DNA of 40,228 nt. Origin: Spirochaetota bacterium. GTDB taxonomy: Bacteria; Spirochaetota; UBA4802; JAFGDQ01. A model generated the notes under the pieces. That model worked only from the letters and a program-made list of their open reading frames with translations. It ran no database searches and was not told where the DNA came from. Location: the NCBI GenBank assembly GCA_043803405.1, contig JAZDKB010000021.1, positions 1 to 40,228 of the forward strand. Direction: 5' to 3'. Position numbers and translations under genes: made by a program. Below, piece after piece: positions 1 to 9,310 of the stretch. Within the stretch, counting starts at the first letter, position 1, and each line of letters opens with the position of its first letter.

Positions 1-116
1 GTATCTGGCAATAACAAATATATCCAGAAAATGGACAAGGCCTATTGTCGAATGGGGGCTTGCATTGAATCAGTTTGCTATACATTTTGGAGATAGAGTG
101 AATATCTAATATCTGT

Positions 117-2114
117 TTACACAAAAAATATTACACTCTCCCCCCCCAGGATATTTATGCGCTCTTTGATACTAAAAATACCAAAACCGGTTTCTGCGCC
201 GCGGGCCCCGGCCTTGTCTGCGTCGAATCCTTTTCCGTTATCCGAAACAACGATATTAAGCAGGTTATTATCGGTAATGCTGACCGAGACAGCGGCATCC
301 TTTGCATTTGCATGCTTGATTACATTGAACAACAGCTCCCGTATCGACTGAAACAGAAGTATGGTAACACCTTCGCTGTCCGGAGAAATGTCGGCAGCTG
401 AATCTACATGAACGGACAGATCGTGTTTTTCCTTCATCCACCTGGCCAGCCATTTTACTGCTGGAATAAGACCGCTTTCAAACAGGATAGGAGGCGAAAG
501 CTCCGATGTGAGCGTTCTTGAGACTTTGATGGATTCATCCAGAAGATCCGAAACCTTTTTAATTGCATTTTCCGGACTTTGAGTGTGAGCCGCATTGAGG
601 CTGAGTTTTGCTCCTACAAGCAGCTGCTGAAGATCGTCATGCAGAATGCGGGCTAATCGCTTGCGTTCGCGGTTCTCCGTCTGCGTAAGCTCAAGCGCCA
701 GGGAGCGAAGCTGCTGTGTGCGTCTTTCAAGCTCGGCAGTGCGGATCCGCACACGGTCTTCGAGTTCATCGTGGGCTTTTTGGAGCTCATCCGTCATTTT
801 TTTTAGCCAGGTAATGTCGGTTGCCGCGCCGACGAGGCCGATTACGTCGCCTTCTATGTTCCGGCGCGGAGCTTTTACGTTCAGCATAAATCTGTAACCG
901 GCAGGCGCCTCGATTGTCTCCTCAAAAGTATGGACTTTACCGGATTGCATTACCTGCCTGTCATGCTCAAGTATCTTTTCGCCGATTTCCGGGTTTTCAT
1001 ACAATTCACGGTCGGTATGTCCTATGATCTGTTCCATAGTTTTTCCAAGTAAGGCTGCGGTTGCGGGATTTGCGAGTATAAGACGGCTGTCTTTGTCCTT
1101 TACATATATGGGATCCGCAACAGTATTGATAACATCCCGGAGCAGGGCTTCACTTTCCAGGATCGCATTCTCGTAACGTTTGCGCTCTGTCATATCAAGC
1201 ATTGCGCCTATCACGCGCCATGCTTTTCCGTAAATATTGCGGGCTATAAAGGCACGGTCCAAAATAAAAGCCCATGTCCCGTCCTTTTTTTGAAAACGGT
1301 ATTCGCAGGTCCACCTGTCGTCTTTTCCGTCAATAGCTTTTTTAAGGCTGTCAAGCGTGGAATTGCGGTCCTCCGGATGTATATGCTCCTCCCACCATTG
1401 CGTGGAATTGCCGCTGTTTGAAGGCCTTCCGAACCATTCGGTATATATTTCGTTCCAGTATACTTCCCCTGTTGTCATGTCCATGTCCCAGACGGCATTG
1501 TTATTGGCCTGGATAGCAAACCTGTAACGCTCTTCACTCTCGCGCAGGGCTTTCTGCTGGAGCCGAAGCTGCTGTATCAATTCGGAGGAATTTTCAATCT
1601 CGGACAGGTCATTTGCCACCACGCAGATACTTGGACCATCCGGCTGGTCAAGGAGATTAGCCGAAATATACGCCGGTACATTCTTCCCGCCCTTGCACCG
1701 GAAAACAAGCCGTTGTTTTACAGGCTGCTGCCGTGTATTCATGAGAAATGCGGAGACGTCGGCATGATTTTTTTCAGATATAAATTCAAATAACGGCCTG
1801 CCGACAATCTGCTCCGGCTGCCGGTTGATCATCTGCCCGAACTGCGCGTTGCAGTAAAGTATGTTACCTTCAAACGTGACCGTGAACGCAGCTTCCTTCA
1901 TCGTTTCCACGATAAGGCGGTATATTGAGTCCGCTCCCACAAGAGAGAATACCTGTTCGCCCTTTGCGCCGGAAACGATCACTGCATCGACTTCGCCCTC
2001 GCGGATGGCGCGCAATGTTTCTTCGGCTTCTCCGAGCCGGTTCGCAAGCTCGTCAATCTTTCGCTGAAGTTCCTTTTCCCGTTTTGTTGATTTTACCTGT
2101 TTTTTCGTGTTCAT
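117..2114 (-). CDS. Multi-PAS sensor histidine kinase (HisKA_3/NarX-like), kai-cluster associated; C-terminus may be slightly truncated
   Basis: N-terminal coiled coil, three PAS/PAC-like segments (e.g. HIHPEDR...EYRFQKKDGTWAFI), H-box ERKRLARILHDDLQQLL, N-box RELLFNVIKHA, DNGKGF and GFGIFSIKER. Start overlaps the kaiB stop (ATGA). Confidence 0.9.
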   Translation of the reverse strand: MNTKKQVKSTKREKELQRKIDELANRLGEAEETLRAIREGEVDAVIVSGAKGEQVFSLVGADSIYRLIVETMKEAAFTVTFEGNILYCNAQFGQMINRQPEQIVGRPLFEFISEKNHADVSAFLMNTRQQPVKQRLVFRCKGGKNVPAYISANLLDQPDGPSICVVANDLSEIENSSELIQQLRLQQKALRESEERYRFAIQANNNAVWDMDMTTGEVYWNEIYTEWFGRPSNSGNSTQWWEEHIHPEDRNSTLDSLKKAIDGKDDRWTCEYRFQKKDGTWAFILDRAFIARNIYGKAWRVIGAMLDMTERKRYENAILESEALLRDVINTVADPIYVKDKDSRLILANPATAALLGKTMEQIIGHTDRELYENPEIGEKILEHDRQVMQSGKVHTFEETIEAPAGYRFMLNVKAPRRNIEGDVIGLVGAATDITWLKKMTDELQKAHDELEDRVRIRTAELERRTQQLRSLALELTQTENRERKRLARILHDDLQQLLVGAKLSLNAAHTQSPENAIKKVSDLLDESIKVSRTLTSELSPPILFESGLIPAVKWLARWMKEKHDLSVHVDSAADISPDSEGVTILLFQSIRELLFNVIKHANAKDAAVSVSITDNNLLNIVVSDNGKGFDADKAGARGAETGFGIFSIKERINILGGESVIFFV

Positions 2115-2455
2115 TCTATAGTTTCCCTGAACCGGATATCCAGGCCCACAAGAACTTTTTCCTTGTTTGTCATATCGCCGATCAGCCTTTTAAGGGGTTC
2201 CGGCAGCTCCTTGATCAGGGTCGGGGCAGCAATAACATCTTCCGTTTTTGCCATGCCCGGCTGTTTATAGATGTCGATTATTTCTAATTCATAGCGGCCT
2301 TTGAGATTCTGTTCGCAGATTTCGGTAATGGAGCGTATAGCGGAAGAGGATCGCGGGTTTATACCTGCAACGTAAAGCCGCAGAACATATATCTGTTCCG
2401 GTGAAGCGGGCTTTGCTTTTATATCTGTCTTACCATGTTTTTTATCATTTTTCAC
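2111..2455 (-). CDS. kaiB: KaiB-family protein (second copy)
   Basis: YVLRLYVAG...YELEIIDI...IAAPTLIKELPEPLKRLIGDM signature; adjacent to kaiC. Confidence 0.93.
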   Translation of the reverse strand: MKNDKKHGKTDIKAKPASPEQIYVLRLYVAGINPRSSSAIRSITEICEQNLKGRYELEIIDIYKQPGMAKTEDVIAAPTLIKELPEPLKRLIGDMTNKEKVLVGLDIRFRETIE

Positions 2456-2480
2456 AATTAGTTTCTTTACCTGATCAGTA

Positions 2481-2810
2481 TCAGTTTCTTGGACGCAGGT
2501 CGAGCCCTACAAGTACACGTTCGGTATTCGACAAATCTCCGATTATTTTACGCACCGGTACCGGCAGTTTCCGTACAAGTGTCGGGATAGCAAAGATTTG
2601 GTCGCCTTTGGCAAGCTGCGGATCTTTTAAAAGATCTATAACTTCTATTGTATACTTGTTTTCCATGTAATTTTCGCATAATTGTTTCAGGTTAGCTAAG
2701 GCTTTGACAGCCCGCGGGGTCTGGCCTGCTACATAAAGCCTGAGTTCCCAGAATTCCCCCTGTCCTGAAGGATTTTTTTGGTTTTTATGTTTTTTAACGG
2801 ATTTGGGCAT
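2481..2810 (-). CDS. kaiB: KaiB-family protein
   Basis: [12 protein letters not shown]...[13 protein letters not shown]...[33 protein letters not shown]. Confidence 0.95.
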   Translation of the reverse strand: MPKSVKKHKNQKNPSGQGEFWELRLYVAGQTPRAVKALANLKQLCENYMENKYTIEVIDLLKDPQLAKGDQIFAIPTLVRKLPVPVRKIIGDLSNTERVLVGLDLRPRN

Positions 2811-2822
2811 ATTATTTCTCGT

Positions 2823-4532
2823 TCAATCGGCTCTTCTTGCCTTATTTAATTCCTGTTTATCTTTTTTAATAGTCTGGCTGCGGTTCATTTGATTCTGTTT
2901 TTGTTTTTGTAGCTCATTATCGATATTTTTAAGCCGGCGGGTAATAGTTTCAGCCTGTGCCTGCAGGTTCGAATATTCCTGCTGAAGTTCCTGTTTGCGG
3001 CGCTCACTGTCCTGCTGTTCAATTATGTCCCGCGACTTGTCTTTTGCTTCCTGCGCCAGCCTTGCAGATCCGGTCAATACTATGCCCGGTCCTACATAAA
3101 CATCCTGAAGTTTTATTCCGCCGGAAGTGATCTGGAACTCCCTCATCTGATTGGAATGAGCCATACCGCGGCTTTTTAAAATATAAAGCAGACGGTTCCG
3201 TTCGCTGTCGGACTCAATCATCCGGACTAACAGCCAGGTATCCATCAGGCTGGAAATTCCGACATTGCTTTGTTCCAGCGCATCGTTATTGTCTCCGCTT
3301 GTAAGGCTTGTGTAAACACTTGTGACTCCCTGGTTCTTTAAAAAATCAATCACGCGCGTTAACATTGCCTTGATCTCGTCGGTGTCACCGACTGTGGTCA
3401 GGTTTGTGACAGGATCCATTACTACCGCGTCGGGGCCGAAATCTACGACGAGCTTATGAATATTGGACAGGTGCATTTCAAGTCCGTAAAGCTGGGGCCG
3501 TATGGAATAAAACAATAACAGGCCTTTCCTGACCCATTTATTCAGGTCAAAGCCTATGGAAGCCATGTTGCGGATTATCTGTTGCGGGGACTCTTCAAAT
3601 GAAAAATATACGCATCGCTCGCCCCTGCGGCATGCGGCATCAATGAATGCGATGGCAGTACTTGTTTTCCCGGTTCCGGCAGTGCCGGACATAAGAATAC
3701 TGCTGCCGCGGTAATAGCCCTTGCCGCCGAGCATCGTGTCCAGGCGCGGTATTCCTGAGGAAATCCGCTTGCTGCTTACGGGATAGTTGAGCCCCAGCGA
3801 GCTTATCGGCAGTACTGACAGGCCGTTTTCATCGATGAACGTCGGGTACTCATTCGTGCCGTGCTTGGAACCGCGGTATTTCACGATCCTGAGCCGGCGC
3901 GTTGCGATCTGGTTGTGTACGCGATGGTCAAGGAAAATTACGCAGTCGCTTACATATTCCTCGATTCCGTAGCGGGTAAGTGTATTTTCGCCTTTTTCTC
4001 CCGTAATGATAACTGTAACACCCTTGTCCCTGAGCCAACGGAACAACCGCCTCAGTTCGGCGCGGAGTATAGCTTCGTTGGGCAGACCCGAGAACAGGGC
4101 CTCAACCGAATCAAGTACAACTCTCTTTGCCCCGATTTCCCCGATCATTAAATTTAGACGCAGAAACAATCCTTCCAGGTCGTATTCGCCTGTTTCCTCT
4201 ATCTCGCTGCGTTCTACGTGAACATAATCTATGGCCATTTTCCCGCGGCGCACCAGGTCATCCACATCAAAACCGAGGGAAGCGACATTTTTTATCAGGT
4301 CACCGGCGGTTTCCTCAAAGGACATGAAGACGCCAGGTTCTTTAAACTCGGCAATGCCGCGGACAATGAACTCCATTGCCAGAAGCGTTTTACCGCTTCC
4401 GGCACCGCCGCATACCAGCGTAGGACGCCCGCGCGGAAGACCGCCTTCGGTTACATCGTCAAGCCCTGTAATGCCTGTAGGACATTTTTCTAATATTTTT
4501 CCGGATAGGCGGGTTTTTTTAACTTTTGCCAT
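2823..4532 (-). CDS. kaiC: Double-domain KaiC ATPase (KaiC2-like) with C-terminal coiled coil
   Basis: Two Walker A motifs (GGAGSGKT, GTAGTGKT), two SFEE motifs, KYRGSKH and KSRGMAHS motifs, phosphosite-equivalent ISSLMD. ATG at 4532 is preceded by GAAGGAG; the ORF track starts at 4562. Confidence 0.96.
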   Translation of the reverse strand: MAKVKKTRLSGKILEKCPTGITGLDDVTEGGLPRGRPTLVCGGAGSGKTLLAMEFIVRGIAEFKEPGVFMSFEETAGDLIKNVASLGFDVDDLVRRGKMAIDYVHVERSEIEETGEYDLEGLFLRLNLMIGEIGAKRVVLDSVEALFSGLPNEAILRAELRRLFRWLRDKGVTVIITGEKGENTLTRYGIEEYVSDCVIFLDHRVHNQIATRRLRIVKYRGSKHGTNEYPTFIDENGLSVLPISSLGLNYPVSSKRISSGIPRLDTMLGGKGYYRGSSILMSGTAGTGKTSTAIAFIDAACRRGERCVYFSFEESPQQIIRNMASIGFDLNKWVRKGLLLFYSIRPQLYGLEMHLSNIHKLVVDFGPDAVVMDPVTNLTTVGDTDEIKAMLTRVIDFLKNQGVTSVYTSLTSGDNNDALEQSNVGISSLMDTWLLVRMIESDSERNRLLYILKSRGMAHSNQMREFQITSGGIKLQDVYVGPGIVLTGSARLAQEAKDKSRDIIEQQDSERRKQELQQEYSNLQAQAETITRRLKNIDNELQKQKQNQMNRSQTIKKDKQELNKARRAD

Positions 4533-5185
4533 AATTACTCCTTCTTTTTTACTGGCAGGCAAAATATTTAAACAGGAATAAGTATTGATAATCAGAATCA
4601 GTTTAAAGATAATTACAGCAGTTTTATACAGAATATCTTAAAAAAAATGATATAAGGTAAAATAACAGTTTATGAATTTACTAATTATAGTATAAAGTAT
4701 TTGATAGAAAGATTTTATGATGTCAACTACTTTTTGTTGTGTTCAGAGGAACAGGATTTGGTGAGGAAAAATACCCACCGGGAACAGAATTTAGTTGTAA
4801 TAAATATTAATTTAGATAAATTTGTATACAAAATCGATAGAGAAGGAGTGTACAATGGCAAAATTCAGAACATGCGACTATCTTAAGCGCATATTATGGT
4901 TCTTCAAAACCGGTTCGTCAATTACTGACACAAAAATGGTTGGCAGCATAACATTTATATACCGGAGCCGGAAATGTAATATATATCAAGTTTATGTTTA
5001 ATCACTTTCATCACGGCAATTCGCGCGATATTTTTGGAAAACCGAAAAATATATAAATTGACTTTCAATGATTCACATCCACTGTTCCTCCGAACAATAA
5101 TACAATGAGTATCAATACTGCAAATACGCTTGATGAATTCCATTGCGTAAGGGAAAAATGTTTCTATTAGGAGGTTTTTATTATT

Positions 5186-5824
5186 GTGTTTGAGTTGTGT
5201 ATTGGGGCAATTCTGGGTATACTTTCTTCAATTCCTATCGGTCCAATCAATCTGGCAATAATAGCTTTGGCATTGAAAACCAGCTGGCAACGTCCGGTTG
5301 CAATGGCGATTACCGTAGCATTGATTGATGGAATATATGCTTTTATAGCAGTTTCAGCAATATCTTTGCCGCACTGGTCTGATCCTGTAACGAAAATCTG
5401 CGGCTTGTTTGGCTCTTTATTAGTTGCCGGATACGGGGTCTATCTGATTTTCAGCGCGAATGGCAAAGAGAAGTCAGTAGAACAAAACAGCCTGGTATCA
5501 TCCCGTCATAACATATGCATGGGCGTGCTTACCGGGGCAGTTTTATACGTTTCAAATCCGTCATTCATAATCTTCTGGCTTAGCGCGATAAGCGTATCCC
5601 GCCAATTGTTCCCGGATGCACTTCTTCAAAATTACTATTTATTCGGAGCCGGGGTCGTATCAGGAACCTCATTGTGGTTCTTCTTTTTGCTGTATCTAAT
5701 CCGCCGCAAATCAATAATCGCCTCCCCCGTTTTGAAAAGGCGTTTGTCAATTATTGTAGGCTGGCTTTTGATCGCCCTTGGGATTTTTTCGCTGGTTAGC
5801 AGTATCAAAGAATTAGTAAGATGA
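5186..5824 (+). CDS. LysE/RhtB-family transporter
   Basis: N-terminal GILSSIPIGPIN, SNP...FW motif, about 6 hydrophobic segments; AGGAGG upstream of the GTG start. Confidence 0.8.
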   Translation: MFELCIGAILGILSSIPIGPINLAIIALALKTSWQRPVAMAITVALIDGIYAFIAVSAISLPHWSDPVTKICGLFGSLLVAGYGVYLIFSANGKEKSVEQNSLVSSRHNICMGVLTGAVLYVSNPSFIIFWLSAISVSRQLFPDALLQNYYLFGAGVVSGTSLWFFFLLYLIRRKSIIASPVLKRRLSIIVGWLLIALGIFSLVSSIKELVR

Positions 5825-5947
5825 AAGCAGAATATTCATAATTTTTTTAAATAATTAAAACATTTAATTAACAATACTTTATTACGTTATTCTAACACTG
5901 GAATGCAATTGCGTTCCTGCTGAAAAAATACCGCATAAGGAAAAAAA

Positions 5948-8311
5948 TTGAGTGTAATAGATTCCGGAAATCATCTTTCGGCTGATGAGGCAAGGATTCT
6001 CCTTGAAAGTATCAATCTTTCTGATATTCCAAAAACCCTTTCTAAAATTAATCCTTTTTCGCACAATGATATTACTGCCGGGTGTGAAAATGAACTGCAG
6101 GTAATGGTTAAGGGTTTGTCTGATAACATTGACCTGCCGCAGAAAATTCTTTCATCAGATTTCTATCATAATGTTCTGACCCGGCTTAAACGCGGTGATG
6201 TGTCGGGACGGACAGTATCGGGAGTTGAGAATTATATCCGGTCTAATACCGAAGAAATCTGGGAAAACTCATGGGTTCATTTCCCATACGAAACTCTCGG
6301 TGAAAATGCCCGGAAGATGTTTGAACATGATCTTCTCAGGAACAAGAAAAATCCTGAGACTGGCTTTCGCTCGGATATGAATGATTTTCTTTTCAGATCC
6401 GGAGGTGAAATGATGGTACGCATCCCGGTAAGCTATCTGCTCAAACTTTCTCTGGCCGATATTCTTGAAAATGAAATGATTGATGAGGATGTGCGCAGAG
6501 AAGGAACAAAATTGCTCCCGTATTTCACTAATGATAATTCATCGCCTGAGGTCATCTCATTTTACGTGGCTTCATTGACTCCTGAAAACGGTATGGGCGA
6601 GTCGCTTGCCCGTGAAATGATTCAGCGCTTTTTACTTGTTCAGATATTAATCGTCTATGCGGCAGATAAGTTCAGGCTTAAAGAATCCGGACAGGAAGTT
6701 AGTGTATATTTTTCACCGCTTCCTCCGGTCCGGCAGCGCATTCTTAATTCAAGCATTTCCGATAATTTCTACCGCGAACTTTTTATGAGTCCCTGTCTTT
6801 CAGGATGGGACAATGGAGAAGAAAAGAAGCAGTATATGCATGTGTGTCACGAAGTATTGAGCAGGAGTTCGCTGAATATTCTCAAGAAGCTCGATGAAGC
6901 CGGGCTTGTTGAGGGTAATCTCGTGTTTCTTCCGCATACGTCAAATGTTTGCCTGGCCAATAACGGAACGCATATTTCTATTGGAAGCAGAAAAATTACA
7001 GATCTGGTTAAAAACAATGATTCTGAGTTTAACAGAATTCACGAGAAGTATGTTGGAGATCTCGTAATAAAAATTTTTGAACATTTTATTCCGCTTTTTA
7101 TCGGCAATTACAGCGCTTCACCGTATCGTATTGATTTCAGAGATTTCCGGCCAGAGATTGCGTTGGGATTTCTTCCCCATGAACTTGATTATTCGCATAT
7201 CAGGATGGTCTGGCGGCTCTGGAAAGAGAAAGCTGACCTGGCATTTTTCGGAAACAGAATAACGCCATTCGGCCCGGCTCCCCTCGACAGGTTTCTTAGT
7301 ATTCTTTTCCGCCTGAAAGGGGACTTTGTTCATGATTTCAGAATCATTGATTATTTCATGGCATTAATGAGTACTGATTCGTCACCCTCGCTTAACGGCC
7401 TTCTCGATAATGATTACCGTTTATGCAGGGATCTCGAGCGGATGGGAGTGTATGATTCGAGGATGTCTCCCTACTATTTCTGCAAACTACGCCAGTATGG
7501 CAAAGCCGGATTTTCAGGTTTTGAAGGGAGATATTACAGCGCATTTAATAAGGTGCATAATGATATGACTAATGCTGTAAATCTGCAGGTTCTGGTTACG
7601 TCGCTCGCGTTTAAGTATATCAAAAACAATATTTATACTCATCGGGATATTCCCGATGATCCGGTCACGGAAAGCGAACGAAGACATATTATTTTCTCGA
7701 AAGCGATTGATCTTCCGTCTTTCTATCTGAGCAGGAAATCACCGAACAAATTCCTTGCAAAGATCGCCGGAAAAACAAAAAAAACAAAACCTGCTTTACG
7801 ATATAAAGAGATGCTGAAGATAGAGATGAAAGAATATCAGAAAGCGCTTCTCAATACGATCGAGGAAGACGGAGCGGATATTATTCATGAATTAGGGATG
7901 GAAGATACGATCAGAAATTTGCGGGAAAAAGTAATGAATCCCGAATCTTCAGTTGCGTATGAAATATCAAAAAATGTCTTCAAAGAGCTGCGGGAACCGT
8001 ATTTCACCGGCGTACGCGCTGAAAAGTTCAATCTTGGTATTGAGAAATATTATCGCGAAAACCAGCGTAAAAATCAGATCCGTGACGGATTGGAATCATT
8101 CTATCATGATCTGAACCGGTTTAATGATAATAAATCAATCAGTAATTTGCTCAAAAACAGCAAGACTGAAACGGTTTTTACGAATTTCAGGGATATTGAT
8201 TCTCTTTCGGGCAGGGTTTTCTCGCAGACGATTTCCAGCCGCGATTCTGCCGCGTTCGCAGGACTTTTAATTGCAGTAATCAGCGAAAATTCCAGAAGGA
8301 ATTGTAATTAA
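5948..8311 (+). CDS. Large hypothetical protein, possible glutamine synthetase/gamma-glutamylcysteine ligase-fold carboxylate-amine ligase
   Basis: 787-aa soluble ORF abutting psd. Motifs TAGCENELQ, NNGTHISIGS and GFEGR resemble the GxExE / GxHxxxG / ExR pattern. The start codon is uncertain and the fold is an inference. Confidence 0.6.
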   Translation: MSVIDSGNHLSADEARILLESINLSDIPKTLSKINPFSHNDITAGCENELQVMVKGLSDNIDLPQKILSSDFYHNVLTRLKRGDVSGRTVSGVENYIRSNTEEIWENSWVHFPYETLGENARKMFEHDLLRNKKNPETGFRSDMNDFLFRSGGEMMVRIPVSYLLKLSLADILENEMIDEDVRREGTKLLPYFTNDNSSPEVISFYVASLTPENGMGESLAREMIQRFLLVQILIVYAADKFRLKESGQEVSVYFSPLPPVRQRILNSSISDNFYRELFMSPCLSGWDNGEEKKQYMHVCHEVLSRSSLNILKKLDEAGLVEGNLVFLPHTSNVCLANNGTHISIGSRKITDLVKNNDSEFNRIHEKYVGDLVIKIFEHFIPLFIGNYSASPYRIDFRDFRPEIALGFLPHELDYSHIRMVWRLWKEKADLAFFGNRITPFGPAPLDRFLSILFRLKGDFVHDFRIIDYFMALMSTDSSPSLNGLLDNDYRLCRDLERMGVYDSRMSPYYFCKLRQYGKAGFSGFEGRYYSAFNKVHNDMTNAVNLQVLVTSLAFKYIKNNIYTHRDIPDDPVTESERRHIIFSKAIDLPSFYLSRKSPNKFLAKIAGKTKKTKPALRYKEMLKIEMKEYQKALLNTIEEDGADIIHELGMEDTIRNLREKVMNPESSVAYEISKNVFKELREPYFTGVRAEKFNLGIEKYYRENQRKNQIRDGLESFYHDLNRFNDNKSISNLLKNSKTETVFTNFRDIDSLSGRVFSQTISSRDSAAFAGLLIAVISENSRRNCN

Positions 8312-9310
8312 ATGAATAACCGGACGCATAAATATATTGTCCATGATAGCGGAGAAGTAAAAGATGAAAGATTGTATCATGATTGTTTTATAAATTTCCT
8401 TTATACCGGTATAAGAGAAAACGCGCCTGCATTGTTCCGCCTTTTTACCGGGAAACGGGTGTCAAAACTGGCTGCAACCATCAATTATGATATACCGTTC
8501 AGATCGGATAGAACCAGGCTGCACTTTGTTGAACGTCTTGGGATTGATGCTTCGGAGTGCATTGATAATTTTGAAAAATTCAAAACTCCCCGCCAGGTTT
8601 TTGAGCGAAAGATCGCATACTGGAAATGCAGGCCGATGGTTGATGAGGATAGCTGCGTTGTATCTCCTGCTGATTCGCGGATAGTCACCGGAACATTCCG
8701 CGAAGACAAAGTACTTTATATAAAAGAGAAATTTTTTGATATTAAGGAACTCCTCGGCGACTCCTCATGGCTGAATCTTTTTACCAAAGGCGATTTTGCG
8801 ATTTTCCGTCTAACGCCGGATAAATATCATTATAACCATTCACCGGTTTCGGGTATTGTGAAAGACTATTATGAAATTGCAGGACATTATCATTCATGCA
8901 ATCCGACCGCTGTCATCGAATTGCTCACGCCTTATTCAAAGAACAAACGAACTGTTACCATTATTGATACTGATGTAAAAGGGGGAAGCAAAATCGGAAT
9001 TGTCGCAATGATTGAAGTAGTTGCTCTTATGATTGGGCAAATTGTCCAATGCTATAGCCCGGCGAAATATGACAACCCTGTAATGGTTAAAGCCGGATTG
9101 TTCATGAAGGCCGGTTCTCCGAAATCGCTTTTCAGGCCGGGCAGCAGTACTGTTATTCTCTTGTTTCAGAAGAAGAAAATAGAATTTTTAAAAACAATAA
9201 TCAGCAACCAGATGAATGGAAATATTGAAAACAGGTACACAAGGACATTTTCGCCGCATCTGATTGAAACTGATATTAAAGCCAGATCGCTCGTGGCAAG
9301 GAAGAAATAG
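8312..9310 (+). CDS. psd: Phosphatidylserine decarboxylase-family proenzyme (pyruvoyl-dependent)
   Basis: VVSPADSR, RLTPDKYHYNHSPVSG, KNKR, EVVALMIGQI and autocleavage-type motif FRPGSSTVILLF. Confidence 0.88.
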   Translation: MNNRTHKYIVHDSGEVKDERLYHDCFINFLYTGIRENAPALFRLFTGKRVSKLAATINYDIPFRSDRTRLHFVERLGIDASECIDNFEKFKTPRQVFERKIAYWKCRPMVDEDSCVVSPADSRIVTGTFREDKVLYIKEKFFDIKELLGDSSWLNLFTKGDFAIFRLTPDKYHYNHSPVSGIVKDYYEIAGHYHSCNPTAVIELLTPYSKNKRTVTIIDTDVKGGSKIGIVAMIEVVALMIGQIVQCYSPAKYDNPVMVKAGLFMKAGSPKSLFRPGSSTVILLFQKKKIEFLKTIISNQMNGNIENRYTRTFSPHLIETDIKARSLVARKK

